Source: Patescibacteria group bacterium (lineage in GTDB: Bacteria > Patescibacteriota > Patescibacteriia > 2-01-FULL-39-33). From it: a DNA stretch of 32,000 nt. Position numbers and translations under genes: made by a program. Within the stretch, counting starts at the first letter, position 1. Each line of letters starts with the position of its first letter. Shown one piece after another: positions 1 to 8,321 of this stretch. The notes under the pieces are model-generated. The model searched no databases. It had not been told where the DNA came from and worked only from the letters and a program-made list of their open reading frames with translations. The DNA is taken from the NCBI GenBank assembly GCA_041649575.1, contig JBAZMW010000001.1:150001-182000 (forward strand), given 5' to 3'.

Positions 1-12
1 AAACAAAAAAAC

Positions 13-34
13 ACCTCCGCTTTTAGGCGGAGGT
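13..34 (-). terminator. Intrinsic terminator of the 44-1189 glycosyltransferase gene
   Basis: Perfect 8-bp stem ACCTCCGC (13-20) / GCGGAGGT (27-34), T-tract on the minus strand (plus A-run 5-10). Confidence 0.85.
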
Positions 35-43
35 AAAATTTTT

Positions 44-1189
44 TTAAGCTTTTTTTAGAGCCAGCCTTCTCTTTTCCGGCATAATTTCTTGATAGAGGCT
101 AATGGTTTGTTTGACGATATTGTCCCAACCGTATTCTTTGTCAACGCGGGTTTTGGCCAACTGGGCTTTATCTTTGATAATCTTAGGATTGTCACAGGCA
201 AAATTTAATTTTCTGGCCAAATCCTCAATGTCTTTGTTTTTAAATTCCAGAGCAAAGCCCTTGACCGCCTCCCGGTTTTCCTCGATATCACTAATCAGCA
301 CCGGAATATTATAGGCCATGGCTTCCAATAAGGCGATAGATAATCCTTCGGCTTCGGAGGGCTGGATAAAGAGATAAGAGTTCTTAAATAAAGTTTCTAA
401 ATCACCGCCTGATTTTTGGCCGGTAAAAATTATTTTGTCATTATTGGCCGACAAGTTTTTGAGATAGTTAACATAGTTGTCGGTATTGGCGCCAGTGCCC
501 ACCAGCACCAGTTTTTTTTCGGTTTTTAGCTGTTGGTAAGCTTTGATTAAGGTATGAATGCCTTTATGTTGGATCAGTCTGGAAACGGCAATCAGGTAGC
601 CGTTTTTTTCCAGATTATATTTCTTTAAGATGTCGTTAGAATTTTTATTTTCGATCAACTGGACGCCGTTGGGGATATAGCTGGTTTCGCGATCAAAACG
701 ATACTTGCAATACTTTTTTAAGGTTTCAGAAACGGTAATGGTTTGGTGAGGAAAGCGGCAGGCAGCCCATTCGCCTAGTCCTAACATAAACCTGGCAAAG
801 CCACCCCATTTTTGATGGTAGCGATCAATGCAGTGAAAGGTGGCGATTACTTTGGCCTTTGGCTTGAAAAGCCGCGGAATCCACGATAACAGAGAAGGCC
901 CAACGCCGTGATAATGAATAATGTCATAATCCTTAAACAATGAATCAATGGAAGCAAAAAGAGTATGAGTAATCGCATCCAAATTTTTAGTCTTAATTGA
1001 AGGCAAATTAATAATTTTTACTCCCTGATAGGTATAAGAATTTTTGTAATTACCGGTGTAGTAGGCACGACTATAAACCGTGACATCAAAGCCTGCCCGG
1101 GCTAGCCTGGTAGAGAGCTCTTCGACATGTTTTTCAATGCCGCCTTGTTTGGTTGGTATGCCTTTTTGCCCGATTAATGCTATTTTCAT
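44..1189 (-). CDS. Glycosyltransferase family 4 protein
   Basis: 381-aa ORF; N-terminus MKIALIGQKGIPTKQGGIEKHVEELSTRLARAGFDVTVYSR, internal LIAVSRLIQHKGIHTLIKAY and PSEAEGLSIALLEAMAYNIPVLISDIEENREAV typical of GT-B/GT4 enzymes. Confidence 0.9.
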   Translation of the reverse strand: MKIALIGQKGIPTKQGGIEKHVEELSTRLARAGFDVTVYSRAYYTGNYKNSYTYQGVKIINLPSIKTKNLDAITHTLFASIDSLFKDYDIIHYHGVGPSLLSWIPRLFKPKAKVIATFHCIDRYHQKWGGFARFMLGLGEWAACRFPHQTITVSETLKKYCKYRFDRETSYIPNGVQLIENKNSNDILKKYNLEKNGYLIAVSRLIQHKGIHTLIKAYQQLKTEKKLVLVGTGANTDNYVNYLKNLSANNDKIIFTGQKSGGDLETLFKNSYLFIQPSEAEGLSIALLEAMAYNIPVLISDIEENREAVKGFALEFKNKDIEDLARKLNFACDNPKIIKDKAQLAKTRVDKEYGWDNIVKQTISLYQEIMPEKRRLALKKA

Positions 1190-1297
1190 AGATTCTTTTT
1201 AAGGGTTAATCGTAGCAAATAAATAAAATCTTGTCAAGGGCTATTTTTTGTTTTTAAGAGGATAAATCATTTTTGTTAAATTTAAGTAAAATAATAA

Positions 1298-1334
1298 GGT
1301 GGGGCCAAGCGATTTGCCGTCGCTTGGTCCCACC
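1298..1334 (-). terminator. Intrinsic terminator of unit A (1352-2542)
   Basis: 15-bp stem GGTGGGGCCAAGCGA (1298-1312) / TCGCTTGGTCCCACC (1320-1334) with one wobble, followed on the minus strand by TTATTATTTTAC. Confidence 0.85.
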
Positions 1335-1351
1335 AGGTGATGCACCTTCAA

Positions 1352-2542
1352 TCATCGGAAAAAGGGGACGCTCAGCGCCGCCATTTCCGGAGGCCGGTCT
1401 TCGAACACCAGCGAGCCACCTCGCAGGGTTATTGCCCGGCCATCAGTCGTGGCCGTTGGCACAGACCAGTTCCAGAGCGCCGCTTCCCAGGTGTCGCCGT
1501 TGGAGTCAATCCCGTCCAATTGGGTCATCAGGGTGTTGCCTGGCAACTCCATAATGACCGCCTGGCTGATCGAGAAGATCTGTTGGCGATAAACCGTCGC
1601 CGAGTCGCTGGTCCAACAAGTGAAGCGTACCAGCATGATGTCTGGCGGGCTACCAGTAAACAGGTTGCCAATTGCTGCTCCGTCGGCGTCGATCGTGGCT
1701 GTCAGCTTGCGGCCGTCAGCGGCATAGGCGAAGACCAGGCCCGGATGCGGCGTGTTGGCGGCTACTGTCAGCGCGGCGACATTGGACATTGTCTCCACGA
1801 TGACGTTTCTCACGACGCAGGTGTAGCTGCCGTTGTCCGAGACTTGCGCGGCGGTGATGATGAAAGCAGAGTTGGTGGCCCCACTTATCGCCGTGCCGTC
1901 CTTCTTCCATTGATAGGTGAAGAGCGGCAGATTGAAGCTGGAATCGGCTGCTACCGTGAACGTGGCCTGCGCATCGACGGCCACTGTTTGTGACGCCGGC
2001 TGCGTGTTAATCACTGGTGCGGCTGGTGCTGGTGTGGATAGGTCGAGGTTGTAACTGGCATCGGGTCGAACGGTAAGCGCCACGCCGTTGAGCCAGGCGT
2101 GGGCGATGCCGATTCCAAGCGATGGATCGGTATTGGCAAATATCCGTTGTTGGACGCCGCCGGGCGCGACCACAAAGTAGGGTGTGGTCCATAGCACCGG
2201 ATTGGTACTAAAGTCGAAGTCGACCGTGGCGCCAGAGAAGCTGGAAATGCCGTTGTAGCCGACCCCAGCGGTCTCTCCGATCGCGTCGCCGTTCGTTCCG
2301 ACGGCGCTAGTCTCGCAATGAGCCATCCAGGGAGGGACACTTCCGTACAACGCGGTCCCGCAAGCCGCGACATCCGACCACAGGTAATCGGGCTGGCCGG
2401 CGGCCACTTGCTTGAAGGTGCTGCCGTCGGCCAGGAAGACCACGTACAACTGGTCTTCACCAGGCTGGTGGAGATAGTAGACTTCCGCGGCTTGCACCCA
2501 GGCGGGGTAGACAAACAATAGTAGTACGAGTAGTTTCTTCAT
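1352..2542 (-). CDS. Secreted protein with one Ig-like domain (unit A)
   Basis: Start placed at MKKLLVLLLFVYPAWVQAAEVYYLHQPG (signal peptide), preceded by AAAGGAG (2550-2556). Ig-like segment INTQPASQTVAVDAQATFTVAADSS...YQWKKDGTAISGATNSAFIITAAQVSDNGSYTCVVRN. Confidence 0.8.
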   Translation of the reverse strand: MKKLLVLLLFVYPAWVQAAEVYYLHQPGEDQLYVVFLADGSTFKQVAAGQPDYLWSDVAACGTALYGSVPPWMAHCETSAVGTNGDAIGETAGVGYNGISSFSGATVDFDFSTNPVLWTTPYFVVAPGGVQQRIFANTDPSLGIGIAHAWLNGVALTVRPDASYNLDLSTPAPAAPVINTQPASQTVAVDAQATFTVAADSSFNLPLFTYQWKKDGTAISGATNSAFIITAAQVSDNGSYTCVVRNVIVETMSNVAALTVAANTPHPGLVFAYAADGRKLTATIDADGAAIGNLFTGSPPDIMLVRFTCWTSDSATVYRQQIFSISQAVIMELPGNTLMTQLDGIDSNGDTWEAALWNWSVPTATTDGRAITLRGGSLVFEDRPPEMAALSVPFFR

Positions 2543-2668
2543 GACACGACTCCTTTCGTCGGTTTGTGTGGGCAAAGATTGATCGTCGCCCACTTATGGA
2601 CAACAATCAACCGTTGACAATGTGCTTTCCGATTCTGGATAAATTACCACCAGATTCAGAACGTTGTA

Positions 2669-2697
2669 TTTTATATTATCTTTCGTAATTTGTCAAG
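2669..2697 (-). promoter_or_regulatory. Sigma70-type promoter of unit A
   Basis: Minus strand TTGACA (2697-2692), 17-bp spacer, TAAAAT (2674-2669). Confidence 0.7.
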
Positions 2698-2703
2698 TCT
2701 TTA

Positions 2704-2738
2704 TAAAAAAAGAAAACAGCTGATGCGCGCACCAGCTG
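2704..2738 (-). terminator. Intrinsic terminator of unit B (2776-3921)
   Basis: Minus-strand CAGCTGGTG CGCG CATCAGCTG followed by TTTTCTTTTTTT. Confidence 0.8.
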
Positions 2739-2775
2739 CTGATAGTATGATGTACAAACGAGCAATCCCGAGACC

Positions 2776-3921
2776 CTAGAGTTGGCATGTCCAGGTGCTT
2801 CGGAGATCTTTGGCGGTCAGCTCTCCGTTGAAGAAGAGGTTGATGTAGTCCGGGTTAGCCCAGACCGTGCTGCCGTCTTGTCGGCGAGCTACCAGGTTGA
2901 ACCTCAAGGACGGTGTCCGGCCGGGACTGAGGAAAAACCGCAAGGGCCGAGTGGCTCCGGCCAGGTCTTTTCCTTCAATCGCACTCCAGGGCGGAGTGGA
3001 AACGGTGTCATAATAGCGAATGACATCAACCCGTCTGATCTGCGACCAGTCTGTCACGCCCGGGAAAGCCAGAGAGACGTGCTCCAGTCCTTGGTAGAGG
3101 CGAGCCTCGATCTTAGCTTTGGGCCAGACGCTGTCGTAGGTGAGCCAGAGAGTGGCTCGAAGTGGGGATGGTTCTATGACTACGTCGCGGATGACAGTTA
3201 AAGCCCAGTTTCCAGTAGAGTCCGCCACATCATACGACAAATAGTAGAAGCCAGGTTGTCGAGAATCGATCGATCCGGAGGCGATGATGTGACTGGTTAT
3301 GTCGCCGTCGATGTTATCAACGGCAGTCGCGCCCGGGTCGACGAATTCGTCACCAACCATGATGTAGGAAGTGAACCTGGTCATGAAGGCCAAGAGCAGA
3401 CTTCTTTGACCTGGTTGGTTTACCGGTATCAACCAGTATCCCAGCGGGCCATTGGCATCTTCGGCTTCCTCTTGCGGCTCGCCATCAACCGTGCAGGTGA
3501 GATTTGGCAGGTAGGCCCAGTATAAGCCGTCGGTTGTGGCGGGGTTGGGCGTGGTTGCATGCCTGGCAACCAGCGTGACCGCTACCGAGCCGACATCCGG
3601 CGGGAATTCGTGGGTGACAGCTAACCGTTCTGGGCAGTTAGGCGAGAATCCGGAAGTGGTGAATTTCATGGTGCTATAATTACCGCACCACATCATCACG
3701 CCGACATTCTCGATATTAGCGTCGGGTAGATCAATGAAGAGATCAGTCAGGAAATGGCATTCATCTTCATTGAAGTGAACCCATAGACTGGGCACCAGAC
3801 CGGTGTTAGCCATGGGCCAATTCTTCTGAGTGTCGCCTGGAGTTACGGCCGCTGGCGGACAACCGCTTAAGGGAACTAATGCTACTGCCAGGAGTAGTGT
3901 TGGGGCAATCAAGTTTTTCAT
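2776..3921 (-). CDS. Lipoprotein with DUF5011/Ig-like domain (unit B)
   Basis: 381-aa ORF; lipobox MKNLIAPTLLLAVALVPLSGCPP; GDEFVDPGATAVDNIDGDITSHIIASGSIDSRQPGFYYLSYDVADSTGNWA resembles DUF5011-type domains; SD AAAGGA (3929-3934). Confidence 0.8.
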   Translation of the reverse strand: MKNLIAPTLLLAVALVPLSGCPPAAVTPGDTQKNWPMANTGLVPSLWVHFNEDECHFLTDLFIDLPDANIENVGVMMWCGNYSTMKFTTSGFSPNCPERLAVTHEFPPDVGSVAVTLVARHATTPNPATTDGLYWAYLPNLTCTVDGEPQEEAEDANGPLGYWLIPVNQPGQRSLLLAFMTRFTSYIMVGDEFVDPGATAVDNIDGDITSHIIASGSIDSRQPGFYYLSYDVADSTGNWALTVIRDVVIEPSPLRATLWLTYDSVWPKAKIEARLYQGLEHVSLAFPGVTDWSQIRRVDVIRYYDTVSTPPWSAIEGKDLAGATRPLRFFLSPGRTPSLRFNLVARRQDGSTVWANPDYINLFFNGELTAKDLRSTWTCQL

Positions 3922-4103
3922 GTCTTGATCCTTTCTGCCAAGCCCAACCAGAGGTCGGGGGTAGAAAGCGTGGACAAGATTTGCAAAAGTTATTGTCCAC
4001 GCCTGTGGACAACAGCTGTAAGCATGGGGCGCTGTCCACGGCCCTAGAAATCACAACTTCTCAAGGTGCTCCAAACCCGGGAACTGCCAGGGTTTAGTTG
4101 GTT

Positions 4104-4132
4104 ATTGTATGTTATTTTTTATAACTTGTCAA
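4104..4132 (-). promoter_or_regulatory. Sigma70-type promoter of unit B
   Basis: Minus strand TTGACA (4132-4127), 17-bp spacer, TACAAT (4109-4104). Confidence 0.75.
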
Positions 4133-4146
4133 TTAGTATTTAAGAT

Positions 4147-4198
4147 AAAAAAAGAAGGGGAACAGCCATGACTCTCTCGTGAGAGATGGCTATTCCCC
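4147..4198 (-). terminator. Intrinsic terminator of unit C
   Basis: Long stem GGGGAACAGCCAT (4157-4169) / ATGGCTATTCCCC (4186-4198), with inner CTCTC/GAGAG; minus-strand T-tract at 4153-4147. Confidence 0.85.
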
Positions 4199-4218
4199 GT
4201 CCAAGGTACAGAGCCCGC

Positions 4219-6714
4219 TTAGAGCGCGGGCATGTCGTAGTTGTCGCCGTCCGCCCGGCTCATGACGCTGCCATTCCAGGTTCCGGGAACCTTGCCAGTA
4301 TTGACGAAGTACCTGGCTGGGTCGCCGGAGAGTTTGACGAACGGGACGGCTCTTCGCGGCTTGTCCGAAACGTCCAACGTCACCGACGATGACCCTGACA
4401 CAGTCATCGTCGCCGACTTACTCTCGTGCCGCGACGGTTGGCTCGTCCACAGCCATAAGATCCCGACCTCGCAAACGTCGGCGTAGGTCTTGCCGGACGG
4501 CAGATTGCTGTACGGCGAGATGATCTCGGCCAGCGTCAGGCTGTCAGGCAGGATGCGGAGGTTGACCGTTGACCCGCCGCTGTAAGTGAATTCAGCGACA
4601 AGGGTCGTCGATGCTCCGACTATCAGTATGGCCTCGGTGGAGGTCACACTGCCGACAGCGTTGGAGACGGTGCAAGCGTAACGAGCCGTGTCAGTGTTCG
4701 TCACACCGAGCGTGAAGCTGGAGTTGGTGGCTCCGCTTATTGCCACGCCGTCCTTCTTCCACTGATACGAGAGCGGCGTCGTGCCCGAGGCCACAACCGT
4801 GAACGTAACCAGCGATCCAATACTGGCCGTCTGTGATACCGGTTGCGTGGTGATCGTCGGGGCGACCGCTGTCGATTCGATTGTCAGTGTAGCCACATTG
4901 GACGTTGCTGTTCCAGCGGCGTTTTTCACGACACAGCGATAGGCGCCTTCGTTGATCGCACCTGCCGACAGAATAGTGAGCGCGGAGCTCTTCACACCTA
5001 TCGAAGCGCTGTTCTCTGCGATGTCAACGCCGTTCATCTGCCATTGGTATGACAGCGGCGCTGTGCCCGTAGCCGTGACACTGAAGGTGGCCGACGCACC
5101 CAGGTCCACAGTAAGCGAGTCTGGCTGTTTGGTGATCGTCGGGGCGACGGCTGTCGACGCTAGCGTCAGCGTTGCCACGTTCGACGTTGCTGTTCCAGCG
5201 GCGTTCTTCACGATACAGCGGTAGGCGCCAGCATTCACTGTGCCAACTGACAAGATTGTAAGAGTCGGACTCTTTATTCCCGTAGACGCGCTGTTCTCGG
5301 GAATGTCCACTCCGTTGTCTTGCCATTGGTATGACAGTGGCGCTGTGCCGGTGGCCGTGACACTGAAGATCGCCTGTTCGCCGACGTTTACCGTCAGTGA
5401 ATCCGGCTGTTTGGTGATCGCCGGGCTGATGGCTTCTCCTGCGGCCATGGCCACGTCGATTTTGTAGTAGCCGAGTCCTTGCCCGCTGGAGCCGGTCTCC
5501 TCGTGGAGTTCGGTTCCGCCACTCACGCCGATGCCTTGCACTGTGCCGTTCTCGGCGGCATCGACCCGCCAGAGTTTGACCCAGTAGAAATGGTCGGAGT
5601 TCGGGTGTTTGGCTGCGAGTCGTAGCTCGATCTGTTCGGCGCCGGCCATGTTCTGTTGCCAGACACCTTTGAGATTGATCACGGCCGGCGTACCATACTC
5701 CCAGTCGGGTGGTGGTACTGGCAGGATGATGCCGCCAGTATCGTTCGGGTACGCGCAAACCATCGCGCAGAGTCCGCTCGGAGACTGGTCATCGGGCCAT
5801 CCGATGAAGCAGTTCCTCAGATCCCAGTGGTGTACATCGCAGTACACCGAGAGTTCGTCGCTGGTGTTGACGACGTTCAAGGTGACAATCGCGCTGTCGT
5901 CTTGCCAGGGGATTTCGCCCTCTCCTTCGCCTTCGCCTTCTCCTTCTCCGGCGTGATGGTTGGGATGGTCGTCCGGATTCAGTGGGTCGGTACCGGCATT
6001 GATTTCTTCGCGGTCCGTGTAGCCGTCTCCATCCGTGTCGGATCCGTACTGACCATACGGCAGGGTACCATAGAAGCATTCCTGCCAGTTGGGTACGCCA
6101 TCGCTGTCCGGATCGCCTAGGGACCCGTTTTCGCCCGCCGGATCGTGCGGATCCAGCGAGTTTAGTGACTCCCAGAAATTGGGCATGCCGTCGCCGTCGG
6201 TATCGTCCAGTTCCGGAGCTTGCCGCCGGATGAAGATCGTGATCACAGAGTCGTGTCCGTTTAGTTTAACGGATAGGTCGACTCTGATCGACTTCGCCGC
6301 CGGGCTTGGTGGTACCGTTACCTCCCACTGCGTGCCGTCTCCTTCGATGTGGGGCGGGTCACTGGGAACACCAAATGGTTTACCCACCTCATTGAGATAG
6401 AGTCCATCGGTGATGCCACTGGCTTTGCCGCAGTCAAGCGGGAAGTCGACCCACTGGCCTTGCATTTCGGGCAGGGAAATCTCATACGAAACCGTCCCGC
6501 CCCTGGCGCAGTCGAAGTGGGCGCCGTCGATCTTGATCTTGGCCCCGTGTGAAATAACCACTCCAGGGTTGGCAACCTCGACAATTCCGATTTGCTGTCC
6601 GGTCTCGCCGAAGGTCGTCACCAGGATCGACATCTCTCTTTTTTCGGGGCATCCTACGAACAGAAGCCCCATGGCCAACGTAACTGCCACGCACATACTC
6701 ACTCTCGTCTTCAT
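4219..6714 (-). CDS. Large lipoprotein: thrombospondin type-3-like Ca-binding repeats, poly-GE linker, three Ig-like domains (unit C)
   Basis: Start placed at MKTRVSMCVAVTLAMGLLFVGCPEK (lipobox FVGC), SD AAAGGAGG (6719-6726). DTDGDGMPNFWE, DPDSDGVPNWQE, DTDGDGYTDREE; GEGEGEGEGEGE; three Ig-like segments of the form TxQPxSxTxxxGxxxxFxVxAxGTxPLSYQW. Confidence 0.85.
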   Translation of the reverse strand: MKTRVSMCVAVTLAMGLLFVGCPEKREMSILVTTFGETGQQIGIVEVANPGVVISHGAKIKIDGAHFDCARGGTVSYEISLPEMQGQWVDFPLDCGKASGITDGLYLNEVGKPFGVPSDPPHIEGDGTQWEVTVPPSPAAKSIRVDLSVKLNGHDSVITIFIRRQAPELDDTDGDGMPNFWESLNSLDPHDPAGENGSLGDPDSDGVPNWQECFYGTLPYGQYGSDTDGDGYTDREEINAGTDPLNPDDHPNHHAGEGEGEGEGEGEIPWQDDSAIVTLNVVNTSDELSVYCDVHHWDLRNCFIGWPDDQSPSGLCAMVCAYPNDTGGIILPVPPPDWEYGTPAVINLKGVWQQNMAGAEQIELRLAAKHPNSDHFYWVKLWRVDAAENGTVQGIGVSGGTELHEETGSSGQGLGYYKIDVAMAAGEAISPAITKQPDSLTVNVGEQAIFSVTATGTAPLSYQWQDNGVDIPENSASTGIKSPTLTILSVGTVNAGAYRCIVKNAAGTATSNVATLTLASTAVAPTITKQPDSLTVDLGASATFSVTATGTAPLSYQWQMNGVDIAENSASIGVKSSALTILSAGAINEGAYRCVVKNAAGTATSNVATLTIESTAVAPTITTQPVSQTASIGSLVTFTVVASGTTPLSYQWKKDGVAISGATNSSFTLGVTNTDTARYACTVSNAVGSVTSTEAILIVGASTTLVAEFTYSGGSTVNLRILPDSLTLAEIISPYSNLPSGKTYADVCEVGILWLWTSQPSRHESKSATMTVSGSSSVTLDVSDKPRRAVPFVKLSGDPARYFVNTGKVPGTWNGSVMSRADGDNYDMPAL
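4864..5427 (-). repeat. Two tandem Ig-domain-coding repeats, period 282 bp (94 aa)
   Basis: TTCCAGCGGC landmark at 4911 and 5193 (282 bp apart). Protein copies share TKQPDSLTV..., FSVTATGTAPLSYQWQ.NGVDI.ENSAS.G.KS..LTILS.G and NAAGTATSNVATLT. A third Ig domain is more diverged. Outer boundaries approximate. Confidence 0.85.
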
Positions 6715-6926
6715 GTTGCCTCCTTTGCCCTTGAGGGCTGTCTGTGTTGGTCGCCCTCGGGGCAACCGTCTTCACTATGTGACACTCCATTACAACACTC
6801 TTACTTGCAAACGAACAACGCGGTTGTTCGTTTTCCTTCTTTGTTTCAAAGGACTGCCGACCACGAGTTCCATGGTCGCTTAAACTGGCCTAAGTCAAAA
6901 GAAAGACCGACCAAGTTTAATATATT

Positions 6927-6955
6927 ATTTTAGCAAGATTATATTTTTTTGTCAA
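6927..6955 (-). promoter_or_regulatory. Sigma70-type promoter of unit C
   Basis: Minus strand TTGACA (6955-6950), 17-bp spacer, TAAAAT (6932-6927). Confidence 0.7.
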
Positions 6956-6982
6956 GATCTAAAAAATTTTTTAAAAATAAAA

Positions 6983-7013
6983 ACAAAAAATTCTGATTAT
7001 CAGAATTTTTTGT
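6983..7013. terminator. 15-bp palindrome, probable terminator downstream of the 7029-8306 gene
   Basis: ACAAAAAATTCTGAT T ATCAGAATTTTTTGT; T-rich on both strands. Confidence 0.55.
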
Positions 7014-7028
7014 TTAAATTTAGATAAA

Positions 7029-8306
7029 TTATTTAGCCTGAACTTTACCGTCACTTTTTTCGAATTCATCTCTGGATAAAGCGGTGGTAATTGAGTAAGG
7101 AGTGACAATATCAATCAGCTCGCTGGTAAAATCATCAGAAGCTGCCAAAGAAATGTTTTCTAAAAGGGAAGCCGGCTGGCCGATTTGTTCTTCAGTGGGA
7201 ATAATTTCTATTTCAAAAGCGGCCCCGACGCTGGGTAAAAAATTCGATGGCGCATAGACCTTGTCTATATTCCAGTTAATCTTTTTATTCGCTGGGTCAT
7301 AAATGATAGCCGAACCGTTGGCAGCACTGAAGCGATTAGTCCAGGAGACGTTAGTTGGCAGTTGGGCGCTGATAGTAAGGTTATTCAAGTCGTTGTATTT
7401 ATTTTCTAGGTTCAGAAAAATCCAATACCTGGTTGGCTGGCCAACTTGCGGTGGCAGTGGGCCAAAACCAAGCTGATCACTCTCCTCGGTATAATAGCGG
7501 GCAAAAGCGACTACTTTACTTTCGGTGCTTATCCTCTGGTTCAATGGTTGACCGGTGCTAAAAATAGGGGACGAATTTCTTTCATTATTTCGATAAAATG
7601 CTTCGACATGACTGCTAAGAACGAAATTCTTATCGTGAGCAGAGCTCTGCGGCAGTGACTTTTTGGTTTTGATGGAGAATTTAATTTCGCCAGTTTGTCC
7701 CGGATCCACCGAGGCCAGTTGCGGCAGCTGTTCTTTATTCCAGGTAATGACGCTTTCGCCGTCAATCATTCTTTCGTCAAAGATGGCTTTTAGTCGCAGG
7801 TCTTTCAAAATAAAATTTTCTCGATTTTCATATTTAAGCACATAGGAATAAAATTGCCCCAGGTCGATATTTTTTTCGGATGAAACCAGGCTTAGGATTA
7901 AGTTGGTTTTGGCCGCCGGGACTGTTTCAGTGGTAGACGCTTCTTGATAATTGCCATGAGAAATAAAGCTGTTAGAAAAATCATTTCTTGTTTTCGGTGA
8001 GGACAGTAAGAGTAAAAGATTGAAAACAATAAGAAAGATAATAGTTATAGCCAGCAGCAAATCCACAATCAGGTGCCAGTAGCCATATTTGTTCTTTTGC
8101 GGACTGTAGTGCTTGTGCCAGCGCTTTCTGGCGGGAGAGATAAAAACATTAAGCGTGCCAATAATGACGTTGCCGCTTTTTTTGACTTTTAACTGATCGG
8201 GATAAATAGTGACGGCCGTCTGATCGTCCGATTCTCTGGGTTTGGCCTCGATGATCTCGGCTTTTGTTTCATCGGGAAGTTCTATCAGGGAAGTTTGATC
8301 CGGCAT
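7029..8306 (-). CDS. Single-pass membrane protein with extracellular beta-rich (DUF11-like) region
   Basis: 425-aa ORF; charged N-terminus, one hydrophobic helix (LIVDLLLAITIIFLIVFNLLLLL), then a long extracellular-type region. No specific family recognised. Confidence 0.6.
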   Translation of the reverse strand: MPDQTSLIELPDETKAEIIEAKPRESDDQTAVTIYPDQLKVKKSGNVIIGTLNVFISPARKRWHKHYSPQKNKYGYWHLIVDLLLAITIIFLIVFNLLLLLSSPKTRNDFSNSFISHGNYQEASTTETVPAAKTNLILSLVSSEKNIDLGQFYSYVLKYENRENFILKDLRLKAIFDERMIDGESVITWNKEQLPQLASVDPGQTGEIKFSIKTKKSLPQSSAHDKNFVLSSHVEAFYRNNERNSSPIFSTGQPLNQRISTESKVVAFARYYTEESDQLGFGPLPPQVGQPTRYWIFLNLENKYNDLNNLTISAQLPTNVSWTNRFSAANGSAIIYDPANKKINWNIDKVYAPSNFLPSVGAAFEIEIIPTEEQIGQPASLLENISLAASDDFTSELIDIVTPYSITTALSRDEFEKSDGKVQAK

Positions 8307-8321
8307 TTTTTTTCTTGATTA

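Noticed and set aside
1298-4198. Integron cassette array with attC sites
   Set aside because: The unit ends are T-tracted intrinsic terminators; no attC-like core sites were recognised and no integrase is in the window.
1273-6765. Many overlapping opposite-frame ORFs (e.g. 1337-1993+, 5024-5758-, 5656-6120+)
   Set aside because: Expected by-products of GC-rich coding sequence; no SD, no plausible domain content, and they overlap well supported secreted proteins.
1298-6955. Contaminating or mis-assembled contig of a high-GC organism
   Set aside because: Each GC-rich body is flanked by its own AT-rich promoter/terminator and the same pattern recurs at four separate places, so a single chimeric join does not explain it. 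Read coverage would still be needed to exclude it fully.
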